A stretch of 64,000 nucleotides of DNA from NCBI GenBank assembly GCA_043228905.1, contig JBHGNT010000018.1:16740001-16804000 (forward strand), read 5' to 3'. Below the pieces are notes generated by a model. The model searched no databases. It was not told the origin of the DNA and was given only the letters and a program-made list of their open reading frames with translations. This document shows positions 36,155 to 49,900 of this stretch, piece by piece. How positions within the stretch are numbered: position 1 is the first letter of the stretch; every line of letters begins with the position of its first letter. The position numbers were made by a program, and so were the translations under genes. The stretch is from Azolla caroliniana. Its lineage: Eukaryota > Plantae > Polypodiophyta.

Positions 36155-39100
36155 ACCCCATGAATGTGCTGATATGTTCGACAATGCTCTCATCGTCTCT
36201 GTATTTCAGCCATACGATCTTTCTCATTAGTGAGGTTTTATTGAGGGTGTTCTTCCTCTCATATAGGCCTGATAGCTTTTGCCACATCTCATGGGCATTT
36301 GTGTCTTTCGCCACATGTTGAAGGACACTTACATCGACGCACTGTCGGATGGTGGCCACCGCCTTCCTATTAAGAAGTTTCCATTCCGACTTTAATACCC
36401 CCGTGGGTATTTCTACTCTATCGATTGGCTCATACAAGTCTTTGACTATGGGAATGTCCTCCATCTTTATCTTCCAGTCTGCATTGTTCTGTGAGTTTAG
36501 AACTATCGTACCTAGGAAGCTGCTCACACCTCCTTCCATGCTTGAACCTCAAGCTTTGATACCAATTTGTTGGGGATCGAATGTCAAATCTGTGAGAAAG
36601 ACTAACTCGAAAATAAACAATATGCACGAACAACAAATGCATAGTACATAGTGATTTACGTGGAAACCCTAAACGGGGAAAACCACGGGAATAGAGATTC
36701 CACTATACAGAGAAAATACAGAATGAGATCAGAATACAACACTCTCCACTCAGAGTGTATCAGCCACACAGGGCTCTTGGCGTCAAACCTCACTCAGCTG
36801 TGGCGCCGCTCACTCTCTCTCTCTCATGCACACTCAATAGCCTTACACATCTATTTGCCCTTGGTGTATTTATACTAATACACAGAATGGGCTATTTACA
36901 ATCATGGTCATTATTATTATCTAATAATAATAATATTAGTCTAACTAATTAGTCGACTCCTCGACTGTCGGCTCTCATTCGACTAGTCAGCTGCTCCCTG
37001 ACTTCGATTGTCGGCTCTCTCTGAGTTGTCAGCTCCTCCCACTAGAGGGACATATTCCTAACACTTAGAGCACCAAAAGATGCTTATGATTTCTGAGTTA
37101 ATCTTTAGTATCATGTGTTTCGGCCAATCAATCATAATTAAGTAATACTACATGTAAGCCATGAATATAGATTGCACTATCCTCAATCTGACATGGAGTG
37201 ACCATGTTGCAATCTTCTAATAGCTTGGCTTTTGTCTCACTTTTGCAGAGCCCATTCAACCATTCTTTTCCCTATTGCATCCCATCCCAATGGATAGCCA
37301 AGATGTCTAACCATTTCATTTGGACTAACAACTTGACCTGGCCACAAAAGTTGATGCCAACTATATGGTGTCAAGGGTAGAAGTTTGGACTTATTGAAGT
37401 TAACATGCAATCCAACAACTAATCCATACAATTTGAGGGCATCCATAATCACCCTCATATCATTTGGATTGTTTTGTGATAGGAATGATGTATCATTTGC
37501 ATATGCCTGAGCCACGAAATCATGTCCGTCTTTCATTTGCAAACCGTGAAGTTGACCAATTAATATTAGATGATCCATGTACAATAGTAGTGGCTGAGTT
37601 GTGATTGCATATAGAAATGCACTTACAAGACAACCTTGTTGTTGAGCGGACATGCTCAACCGCATCCGGATCGGCTGAATAAGCCAGAACTAGATCAATA
37701 TCTAGAACAAAGAACCGGATAGGTATCTGGAACCAAGAGCCGGATCGGAGAGACGAACCAGATTATAACTAGTAGGCCGTTAGAGGCCGACAAACTTAGC
37801 TTAGTATGTAGGCATATGCCTTGGAGTTAGTGTCAGTCGCTCGTATAAGCCTTGAAGTACATGTTAGTACTTATGTCAGTCCTTTCATGGACTTTTATAA
37901 AAGTGCTCACCGAGCACATTGTATGTACAGAGCATTATTATTATTTTGAATTGAGTTGTGTTCTGCTCTAACTCTGTCTCTCCCGTGTAAGGTTTCCTTT
38001 AAAATCTGTGTTTGCATTCTTTAGCTATCCGGACGAGCCGGTTTTGTCTTAGCTTCCGTAATCGTATTCTTTTACATGGTATCAGAGCACAAGGGTTGAG
38101 AACCTCTGTAGCCGACGAGGGATTTTTGAAGAAAAACCCTAACACCCGATGGAGAATAGAAAACAAAGGTTAGAATGGATAGAGGAATGGCTAGCTCACT
38201 CCTGATGCACCAGTACCTGATCGGACACGGTTACTAGAGTTATGTTGACGGAGCTAACGATACAACACCTGATGCAAGACACAAGGACTTCCTGATTTGG
38301 GAACAAGCGGCAAGCAGAGTTATGTACTGCTTTGCATCCAGTGTTAACGATCAGTTGCTCAGCCATATCCGGGATGCCAAGATGCGAAAGGAAGCATGGG
38401 GAAACCTGAAGAAGGTCTTCGCTGCAAACACCATGGCCTGGAAGCTGCAACTCCAGAAGGAGTTAAGCAATGTCCGATAGAAGGACATGTCGATGGCCGA
38501 CTACACGGCCTGGATCAAAGACATGTATGACTCACTTGCCTCTATCAACATGACCATCGAGGAAGATGAGATGGTGCAGGTCTGTCTCGGGGGCCTGGCG
38601 TCGAATTTCGGAGCATTCCGGACAACGATTTGTATAAGGGAGAATACGCCCTCGTTTTTCGACTTTCGGTCGATGCTCCTAGTAGAGGAGAACCACACGG
38701 GTGTGTCAACAAGCATGCACACCGACAACAAGATGTTGTACACAGAGGCAGGATCGGCCCCGTGGTCGTGGTGGACGAGGTGGATCGGCACGTGGTGGAG
38801 GCGGCCAACAAGAGCCGAACCGAAGGCACAAGGATGGTGCCGACAATAGTTCTGGACCCTTCGAAAACAGGGGGAGTCAAAGCGGTGCTGGAAACCGGCA
38901 AGAGAAGACCGCAACAAAATGTTGGTACTGTGGCCGGAAGGGTCACACAGAGAGCGAGTGCTAGGAAAAGCGCGCCGATTTAGACAAATCCGGATCTAGT
39001 AAGCCAAGACGGGGAAACCGACAAAGCTCGCACTACATGGAAGGATCGGAAGGATCCGATTCCGGAGATGGATCGGGCCCAACCTTTGTGATGAAACACA

Positions 39101-41135
39101 AGGCCAATTCGATGAAAACAAGAACCTCGGAACCAAATGAGGTATGGTACGTTGATTCCGGAGCGTCAAATCACATGACAAGCCACGCAGAGTGGTTTTG
39201 TTACCTGGAAAAATTGGACCAACCGGGAGTAGTCGAAACCGAAGACAACACTCCTCATACCATCGAGCACATCGGTGAGGTCCCTCTCAACCATGTTGGG
39301 CAAAAGGGAAAGCTGATGAGCGTCCTGCACGTCCCAACAATCACAAAGAATCTCGTGTTAGTCGGACAGATTGTCAATCAAGGGATGCAGGTTTGGTTCA
39401 CGCACCTTGGGTGCTTCATCGAAGAAGAGGGCAAAGTCATCGCGCAAGGGTGCCGAGACGGGAGGATGTTTATCCTTGAAACGAATGATGTTGACACCGC
39501 TATGTTTGCAAAAGGACAGAAAGTCGAGTCGAACATCGACTTATGGCACAAGCGGATTGGCCACATAAACTTTCAAAAGCTTCACGAGCTGCAGTCAAAA
39601 CACGTGGTTACCGGACTACCAAGTTCAATGTCCGGAAAGGACAAATATGTGAAGTGTGCCAACTTGGGAAGCAGCATAGGCTTCCATTCCCCAACGAGAA
39701 GAATTGGAGTCGGAATCAACTTGATCTCATTCATTCGGATGTGTGGGGACCGACACAAAACGGGAGCATCAGTGGGAGTCAGTATTTCGTCTCTTTCATC
39801 GATGATTTCAACCAACATACTTAGATCTATCTAATCGAGAAGAAAAACGAAGTCTTCTCTGGGATTTGAAGAACCTTGTCGAACGGAGACCGGAAGAAAG
39901 ATCAAGTGTCTATTGGATGGCAGAAAAGAGTACTTTTCCGGCCAGTTCACGAGCTATCTGTAGACGAAGGGAATCTGACGGGAATTCTCCTGCAGTTACA
40001 TGTTGGAGCAGAATGGCGTGGCCGAGTGTCGGAACAGGACGCTGGTAGAAGCGGCAAGGGCGATGCTTGAGGAGAAAAGCATGCCCAAATTTTATTGGGC
40101 CGAAGCGATTCCGACAACCGTCTACATCAAGAATCAGATATCTCACTCAGGGACAAAGGTGTTGCCGCACGATTTGTATTTCGAGCGGAAGCCGAATTTG
40201 GCACACCTTCGGGTATTTGGTAGCATTGCATATGTGCATGTACCGAAGGAAAAATAGAGGAAGCTAAACGCGAAAGCCGAAAAGTGCATTCTCGTCGGCT
40301 ACTCAGAAGAACAGAAGGGTTATAAGTGTTATAACCCCTGATTGAAAGAGGTCCGAGTTAGCCGAGATGTTGTTTCTAATGAATCAACATCTTGGTACTT
40401 CTCTCCACCCGAGCCCGAGCCGATTGTTGTTGATGATTCAGTGGAATCCGGAATAGAGAGAAGCATTGCGGAATCCGAACAGCCGGATAGTCCGACTTCT
40501 CTATGGATGAGTGGACCGAATCCGGACTGGTTGAGCCGGAGTGGTCAACCAGATGACGAGCCGTCGAGTAGTGAAGACTCGGTTGTACTCTCCCCACGCA
40601 AGGAACCGAGGAGAAGGTTCACGTGCAAAGAAAAGAGGAAGAAGAAGATCCTGGAGTACGACACCGGTCGAGCTGAGTCGGATCGGAGCGAATCCGACTT
40701 TTGACAGAACCGACAAGGAACCTCCGAGGAAGAGGTAGAAATCGGCCGAGAAGGCCATGAAATCGGCAAATCAGAAATTGCGCCGATCCACCTGCCAGAA
40801 AAACCCTGTGAAGAGGTATGGGTACAATGAGTATATGGCACATCATTATGCGTACATGGCGAAGGTGGCACCCGTGCGTGAGCCGGAGAGCTATGGTGAA
40901 GTGGCTAAGGACCTGAATTGGCGGAAGGCCATGGAGGAAGAGATGCACGTGCTCACGGAAAACGAGACATGAGATTTAGTTGATGTACTAAAAGGAGTGA
41001 AGCCAATCGGTTGTCGGTGGGTGTACAAGGTGAAATACAAAGCCGGAGGCCCCATCAATAGGTACAAAGCCCGGTTAGTGACCAAGGGCTACGTGCAACA
41101 ACACGACATCAATTACGATGAGATGTTCGCACCGG

Positions 41136-44100
41136 CTCGGTATGAAGAAAAGAGAATTTCGGAACCAATCTTGAGACCTAGACCCAGATTGGAAGACCAC
41201 CAACCACGACCTCGGGAGACTACGAATGAAAAGGGAATCTATGCGAGCATGATGGAGCAGTTGCTGAAGGAGATGGAAAATCTCAAGATTGCTATGGTGA
41301 AGAAATCGGAAGACCGTCCCACGAGTTCCAAGTACATGGACCGTCGATGCATATGGTGTGATAGCACTGGACATGATCGGAAAGATTGCGATGAGCACAA
41401 GGAGGCTCTATGATAGGATCTCATCTACTATGAGAGAAATCGGATCCATTCGATGGACTCCTGGAAGCCACTTTGACCGAACTTCCGAAAGGGCGGCATG
41501 AAGAAGGTCCTAGAGGAGGAGATCGTGGAAAAAAGAAATTATGCGAGGATTATGGGAATACGTGTGGGAGAAACATCTAGAGTGAAGTCGTCCTTCTGGC
41601 CGGAAGTGCTAGAAATCTCCGAGAAAACCGACTCCGATGAGATCCAAAGCACTGCGGAAGGCACCCGAGAGGCTACGGGATGGGAGTGCATCGTAGACAA
41701 GAATAGCGTTTACGACCTATGACAATTACATGAGGTGTATGTAGATGAGAAACGACGGCGCACAGATGATGCGGCCAGACCATCGAAGACATCAGAGAGC
41801 TGGAATCCCGAAGGAAAAGGAAAAGGGAAAACGATTTCCGCATTCAAATTCGCATTGGATATCGAACAACAAATGGATCTAAAGAAGGTGTTTGAAGAGA
41901 GAATCCTTGATAGTCGGGTGGAATTTTCTCTCTGGGAATTGCTCAGAATAGCAAAGAAAGAGTTCCACGATCTCCTCGTGGACCTCGTGAAGAGAAAGAG
42001 GCAAGCTACGGAAGAATCAAATGCTCCAAGGGTGAATGTGAATACCGTAATGAATGACACGGAAGTGGAGGATGAGATTCCAAACTCTCACTACACAAAG
42101 TCACACTAGGCACGAGCAACTACGGAGACTCAGGTCCGAATTGGAAACATCAAAGAGCTTGTAGTTGCATTGATTGATCATGTATCAGAGATAAATCTGA
42201 TGTCCAAGGAGTTCTACCGGAAGGGAAAGTGGCCTATAAACACCAATCATGGATGGAAGATCCAGGCAGCCACTAAAACAACAGAAGACCTATTTGCCGC
42301 TTGTCTGGATGTGACAGTGAAGATCGAAGATGTGGAGATTGACCAAAATTGCTTTGTTCAAGATGAGGTCTCACATTCTGTGATCTTTGGGCAACCCTTT
42401 ATCACAACTTCACAAATGGAAAGAAAGATGCTCAATAGCGGAGTGTCTTTTGCACTGATTTGGTGCCAAAGCGGAGGGAAAACCGTCCAATTCCTAACTG
42501 TGTCATCGAATCACGAAAGGAACAAGAGAGAGCTCTTGTCCCAAACAAAAATGAATAAAACGAACCGTTGCGGAGTGGAGAAGCCCTGATACCCCACACA
42601 GGAAGAAAACTCTCGGAGCGAAACAAGTGCGAATCAGCCCAAATGGGGCATCTACATACATGGCCGTGACCGGAGAAATGAAGAAAGAACTTTGGAAGAT
42701 GCAGGATGAGCTACAGTTTGCATTAATCATAAAAGAGGATGAAGAAATCATGGGAGTAGTCAAAGAAGTGTTCTATGGGAGCACACTACAACGACTTGAA
42801 GAGGTTGCGGAAGAGAATAGCCAAGAAGATCGGGCAGTTCTGGTGGAATCGGTCGAGATGTACAAGATCATTGGGAAAATAGGGTCAAATGTGCTCCACA
42901 AAGAAGAAGCAATGGTATGTACGAAATACAAGACCGTAGAAAAGAAGGTGAAACCATATGCAGGATCATTACCCGCCAATAGTGAACAAAAGAGGAAATA
43001 AGTCTCGGGAGATCCAACACTTCGAAAGTCCGTGGATATTGGACATACCTTCACGAATGAGACCCGAAAGAAACTCTGGATCAGTGGAGATGGGTTCCTC
43101 TTACCGAATGAAGAAGAACAATTCCGTGAGATGTTGGAGCAGCCTGGAAAAGCATTTGCATTCACATGAAGAGAGATAGGGTGCGTCGATCTAAAGAAAG
43201 TGGAGCTAATGGTGATTTTCATGATAGAACATGTGCCGTGGAACCTGAAGCCGATTCCGGTGCCACAGGAGCATATTCCGAAAATGATTGACTTGCTCAA
43301 GGAGAAGGTGGCGATGGGGATTCTAGAGCCATCAAATGCTCCGTACTCAAATTGATGGTTTACAGTTTCGAAGAAGAATGGGTCACTCTGGTTTATTCAA
43401 GATTTGCAACCGGTGAACAAGGTCACGATCAAGAACTCCGGAGTCGGTCCGATAGTGGATGAATTTGCAAATGCGTTTGCTGGACACACGATATACTCCA
43501 TCAGAGACCTATACTCTGGGTATGACCAATTCCAACTAGTCGTGGAGAGCAGAGATATCACTACAATGTGGACACCGATAGGATTAGTCCGGATGTGTAT
43601 GCTACCACAAGGAGCGACGGACTCAGTCACACATATGATGAATGTGATGAACAAGGTGCTCCAAGACTGCATTCTGGAGATAACGATGCAATTCTTAGAT
43701 GAAATTCTGATGAAAGGATGTGCGGTGGAAGAAAAGAATGAGACTAAGGATGATTGGGGACGCTGAAAGTTCGTAGTCGACCATATTTGCGAATGCGAGA
43801 AAGTGCTACAGAGGTTAGAAGATGTGCACTTAACACTCTTCGGAGAGAAATCAGCATTCGGACAAGAAGAGATATTGGTAGTCAGACATCTATGTGAGCC
43901 CTACGGTCGAAGACCGTCACCAGTCAAGACCGATGCGATTCAAGCTATGAAAGAAATATGCAAGTCTCAATCCGAAGTCTGTAGATTTCTTGGTGCGTGT
44001 GCATTTTATCACATATGGATTCCGCACTATGCACACATTGCGGACCCACTCTATCACTTGTTGCGGAAGGGTAAGAAGTTTGAATGGAGACCGGAACATG

Positions 44101-46942
44101 CCAAAGCCATAAAGAAGCTCAAGAAAACACTATGGGGGGTTGAAGCACTTAAGAACCCGAACTATGACTGACCGATCATAGTGACGGTTGATACAAGTCC
44201 AACCGGGATCAAATGGGGGTCATCAACCAAATTGGCTTGGATGGTTCATGATACCTGATTCGATTCGGAGCAAAGGTTCTCAACGAAAGGCAATGCGGAT
44301 ATGCACAAGTTAAAAGAGAATTATGGGGAGTCGTGTCGGCAATAAAATCATATCGAGATTACTTGATTGGAGCTGAAGTAGTGATCGAAATGGATTGTCT
44401 TCCGATACTCGGGATGATGCGATGTTGCATGGTACCGGATGTGGCTATGCTAAGATGGATTGCATATGTAAAGTCACTTAATCTGGAGGTTCAACACATC
44501 TCGGGAAAAGAGAACGCGGTAGCGGATATGTTATCAAGGGCCCGGTTCGAAGAAGTTTCTGAAGACTACTTTACTTCGAACCGGGCCCTTGGTACATATG
44601 CCGGATAATGAAGGGCCCGGTCAAATCGGATAATGAAGAAGTTTTTGAAGACTACTTTACTTCGGAACACATATGCCGGGTGAACGTGATTCGGGAGTTC
44701 CGGAAAGACGAATATGAGGGAGAAAGCTTATTCATTGGGAAAGTACTACAAGAAATCGAGGAATCATCAAACGATAAAGAAAAAAGAGCCGAGATCTAAA
44801 GGAAGAAACGACAAGCCTAGAAGTTCTTCTTGAACAATGGATTAATTTGGAGGGAGCCGAAAAGACCGGATTGTATACCACTCCGGGTAGTCGGTACAAA
44901 GGAACAATAGAAACAAGTAATATCCGAATTTCACGAATCCGATTGGGCTGGACATTGGGGAACATGGGCAACATTTGCAAAGATCAAGAAAAAATACTAG
45001 TGGAAGAATATATACAAGGATGTAGCGGAGTTCATCGAAAGCTGCGAGAAATGTCAAATCTACTCCAGAGTTCAACACCGGGATGAATTACATCTGACAT
45101 TCTCACCGACAATCAACTTTAAATGGATGGTCGACATCGTGGTCATGCCAACCGGGATCAGACAAAAGAAGTACTTGGTGCTAGCTCAGGAGGATCTGAC
45201 GAACCAAGTAGAAGGTTGGGTGCTACGGAGAAAAACATGTTCTATTGTATGCCAATTTCTCTTGGAAGAAGTGTTCTGCAAATACGAGTGCATAGGACAA
45301 GTGATTGCGGACCGGGGAGAACTTTACTCTGATAAAGCTAGGGAATTCTTCGCTAAACATGGAGTACGACTGACACTAACCACGACTTACAACCTAGAAG
45401 CAAACGGGAAGATAGAACGAGGACATAGTCCAATCGTGAAAGCACTTGCAAAAGCGTGTGATGGGAGGGTGAAGAATTGGCTGCAAATGCTTTCGTATGC
45501 ACTATGGGCAGATCACACAACGCACAGTTCCGTGACCGGATATATGCCAGCGGAACTTATGATCGGACAAGCTCCGGTATGCCTACGGAAACCACAATTG
45601 CAACATGGACAGTGCTACCATGGAAGGAAGGGATGAGTTGGGAAGAACTACTGGCGGTCTAGATACGATAGCTAGAAGGAAGACCAGAAGATCGGAATAC
45701 GTAGCAGAAGCAGTGCACTGACAACAAGAAGCACAATTTCGGAACAAACATCGATTCGATAGAAAGCATCGATTTCGACCGCGGAAGATTGAAGAAGGGG
45801 ATTGGGTGATAGTCTACAACAGTAGTCTAGATCATCAACACAACTCAACACGGAAATTTGTTAAAAGGTGGTTCGAACCATACGAAGTTCGAAAAGCATT
45901 CGACAACAGAACTTACTGGCTAAGTGAGCTAGATGAAACAATTCTTCAAGTTCTTATAGCGGGGAAGCGAGTGAAGATTTTCAAGAAGCGAATTAACGAT
46001 GAACCCTACATAGACTTAAACAAACCCGACACAAAGGAGAAATCGGATAATGATCCCGAAGGTGAAGAAAGTGAGGAAAATGAGCTAGATTTAATAATCG
46101 ACATAGGGGAAGAAACAGAGGGAACTACGGATGAAGGAGAATAACAAGCATCGGCAACTTTGGCACATTCTGGAGGATGTGCGGGTTCGGAGGGGGCGAG
46201 TGTCATAGTGTATTTCGTACACCACGTGAAAAACGTATAAAGTACCCGATTTAATAAATATTAAGAAAACGAAGAAAATATGAGAATACATGTTACATGC
46301 ATAGGGCAAGATTCAAACCTTGCACCTCCATGTTAATAAATTAAAGCCTTACTATTACACTAACACATGATGAGTGTTAAGAAAATAGATATCCCACATA
46401 CAAAGGTTATTTTCACGTATATTATTAGGAAAAGCTACTTTTACATGTAGAGTACATAAAACTTTAGTTAAAAGAAAATGCATGATCGAGAAAACTAGTC
46501 ATGCACATCTTACGTGCATAAACACTATTATTGGAAGAAAAGCATAATAGAAAAAGGTACTCATGCACATCTGGTGTGCATGAACACTTTAGAAAAAGCA
46601 TGATGCTTTCCATATGGTAGACTATACTTATTCTCTCCCATGACTATATAAAAGGGAGGAGTAAATTGTAATAAGGTTGTTGATTCTTGGGTTTTTGATT
46701 ACGTTCTAAATATTGATTAGTATATTACTTGTGGGATTCACAAGATTTGATCTCTTTTCTCAATCTACTCTAATCTATTCTAAACAATTTCAATTTATTA
46801 CTATGATTTTAAATATTAAGTTAAACTAGATCACTATATTCGTGGGATTCATGAATTCCTCTCTCTCTTTCTTACTCCTAGTCCAAAACCCCAGCGGTTC
46901 CCACCCAACTCATACAACGATTTGGCGTCGAAAGGCACGACA
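41136..46942 (+). mobile_element. Non-chromovirus Ty3/gypsy element (Gypsy-C), 5' LTR and 5' gag deleted
   Basis: CIWCDSTGH knuckle, protease (IDHVSEINLM), RT, RNase H and integrase homologous to Gypsy-B. PPT GGAGGGGGCGAG, 3' LTR 46201-46942. Flanks CCGG/CCAG. Confidence 0.92.
46201..46942 (+). repeat. 3' LTR of Gypsy-C
   Basis: TGTCA...CGACA after the PPT; homologous to the solo LTR at 24868-25752. Confidence 0.92.
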
Positions 46943-49900
46943 CCAGTCGCAAAGATGAAGATTGTCTGTGATTTGCTTACGGTGATAGCAGCGAAGGGTG
47001 GCATCTCCATCAAACGGATGTAAGGAACGCATTCTTACAAGGTGATCTTCAGGGACAGGTGTATATGGTTCAGCCCCCCGGATTTCAGTCTGGAGTGAAT
47101 ATATTGGTTGTGTGCTGATTGAAGAAGTTCCTCTATGGACTTAAGCAAGTCCCGCACGCTTGGAATGTGGCGATCATGTAGAGACTGCATCAGATGGGGT
47201 TTGCTCCGTCAAAATAGGACTCTTTAGTTTTCATCCAGCAAGGTTGGAACGGGCCGGTGAGCATATTGCTCTATGTGGATGATCTTGTCATCGCCGGTGC
47301 TGACCTGGACAAAATTAGCCACGTCAAATCCTAGCTTGCGGCATCATTTGAAATGAAGGATCTCGGTGACCTTCATTACTTCCTCGGGATCAAAGTAATC
47401 CGAACCCCCGAAGACATACTGATCACTCAACACCACTATGTACTGAGTGTGCTCTTCAAATTCGGTATGAGGGAATGGAAATCCGTCTTGTGTAGCTTTG
47501 CCCCGACTCCGGAACGGCATGCGACCTGAAAAGGTTCCGACAGATAGTCGAAAGCCTTATCTATCTAACCATCATCCGGTCAAATTGATCAGTCAATTTA
47601 TGGCGCATCCGACCGTGGAGCACGTTCAGTGCGCGCACCAAATCCTAAGATACGTCGACGGCACTAAGGCTACAGGATTGTTGTATCGGACCAGTGTAGC
47701 CGAACAACTTGTCGGCTACACAGATGTCGATTGGGCCGGAAATGCCGGCGATTGCAGGTCTACATCCAGATATGAGTTTCCACTTGGAAGCGCCATGGTC
47801 GCCTGGAGCAGTAAGAAGCAGCCGACAGTAGCATTGTCGAGCACCGAGGAGCTGTTGTCCTGTCATGCGAAGCCATATGGTTCAAGAGGCTCCTGAAGGA
47901 TCTGCGAGTGGAGGTGTCTGATCCAACGATGATCTATTGTGACAACCTTAGTAGCATCCAACTGACTAAGAACCCTGTCTTTCACGCCCGGACAAAGCAC
48001 ATCGAGGTGTAGTGGAATTTCTGCATGGAACTTCTGCATGTTCCTACACATCGGCAGATTGCTAATATCTTCACCAAACCCATTGGCTTAGACAAGTTGC
48101 GGCAATTCTCCGGAGCACTAGGTGTGCAGTACCTTGATATGCCGAACTTGAGGTGGAGAAACAAGAGGAATGAAAGAGATGGCCGAACCGAAAAGCTGTA
48201 TATAGATTTCGATTTCGACTCGACTAAAGAAGTCGGAGTGCATGGGTCGGTTGAAGAAGTTGAGACTAGACGTAAGGGGAGCCACCGGAATGGAAAGACC
48301 AAGCCAGAGCCAACCATAAAACGGGGAGGTAAAGCCAAGAACGACAAGAAGACCAAGACACAGACGTGGTTCGATGTCGCGAAGGGTCTAAAGACTGAAG
48401 ACGAGTTGGAGACAACCAACTCGGACAAGAGCGGGAATGAATCGGAGATAGCCGATTCAGTTTTCATTTCGGAGGAGCCAAATCAACTAGAGGCCAAGGG
48501 CCAAGGGAGCAGACAAGCCGACCGAGAAGGTCGAGGTGCGTGGGACTGGACGGGTCATTGAAAGTGGAACTGGACAGGTCGAGGAGCCCGAGCAAGGCAA
48601 GAAGCCACCAGAAGAAGCCAACTGCAAGGTTCGGCATACACTAACACAACGATCCGACCTCAAGTTGAGCTTGAGGGGGAGTGTTGAGCGGACAAGCTCA
48701 ACTGGATCCAGATCGGTATCTGGAATGAAGAACCGGAGAGGTATCTGGAACCAAGAGCCGGATCAGAGAGACGTATCGGATTATAATCAGTAGGCCGTTA
48801 GAGGCCTACAACCTTAGCCTAGTACGTAACCATATTCCTTGGAGTTAGTGTCAGTCGCTCGTATGAGTTAGTACTTGTATTGGTCCTTTCATGGACTTGT
48901 ATAAAAGTGCCCACCGAGCACATTGTATGTACAAAGCATTATTATTATTTTGAATTGAGTTGTGTTCTGCTCTAACTCTGTCTCTCCCGTGTAAGGTTTC
49001 CATTAAAACCTATGTCTGCATTCTTTAGCTATTCGGATGAGCCAGTTTTGTCTTACCTTCCACAATCGTATTCTATTACACTTGTTGTACTAATTTGGCT
49101 AAGCTGCATGAATCTATCAATTCACCCTCAATAATGCATGAAGATGTGCTAGACTCATAAAGCCAATAGATTACTTGAGACATTTTCAGACCAAATCCTA
49201 GTTTGACCATTGTGGTTGCCACAAAATCACATTGGATGGTGTCAAAGGCCTTTTCAATGTCAATTTGCATAAGCAATACATCTTGTTTGGTGTATTTGGC
49301 ATACTCCATTCCAATATAGGCATTAGCAATATTATTTGTAATTTGCCTTTGGGGAATGAACCCGTACTGGTTTACGTGGATGCCTCCCAACAAAGTGTCC
49401 TGAATACGATTAACAATTATCTTTGCAATAAGTTTATAGATCACTGGCATAAGAGTGATTGGTCACCAATCCAAAAAAGATTCACATAGTTTCCTTTTGG
49501 GTATTAATTTGACCAAACCTTCTTTCCATGAGATCAACATATCCCATTGTTGCCAAGCATTATTTGCTACAGAGAGGATTAAATCCTTAAGGACATCCCA
49601 AAATTCTACAATGAACTCTAACGTAATACCATCCCAACCAAGCGCTTTGCCTTTCCCGAGCCCCTTCCGAGCCACCAAAAGCTCCTTCATTGTGAATGTT
49701 GCATCCAAAGCAATAGTGTTATCAACACAAATAGTGGGTAGAACTAGTGACGAGAATGTATCTCTAGTTTGTTTAACTACATCTGTAACAACTACATTGT
49801 TCTCAAAGGTGTGAGAGAAATGAGTTACACATTTCTTGGTTAGTTCAAGTCGGTTTGTAGTCCACAAACCATCACTAGTTTTGATTAATTTAATTGATTC

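Larger units (their letters stand above)
31562..37063 (-). mobile_element. Ty1/copia element (Copia-B, Tnt1-like), degenerate, both LTRs
   Basis: LTRs 36568-37063 and 31562-32046. PBS TGGTATCAAAGC (36553-36564), PPT AGGGGGAG (about 32050-32057). gag, CFYCGKPRH, WVIDSGAS, integrase, RT (CIDDML) and RNase H (STTEAEY). Flanks GACGT/CTTAG do not match. Confidence 0.92.
37640..49080 (+). mobile_element. Ty1/copia element (Copia-C), full structure, degenerate, hosting Gypsy-C
   Basis: LTRs 37640-38076 and 48682-49080 with perfect 5-bp TSD CTTGT. PBS TGGTATCAGAGC (38077-38088), PPT TGAGGGGGAG. gag CWYCGRKGH, WYVDSGASNHM, integrase, RT (FAP|VAKM split, YVDDL) and RNase H. Same lineage as Copia-A. 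Confidence 0.95.
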
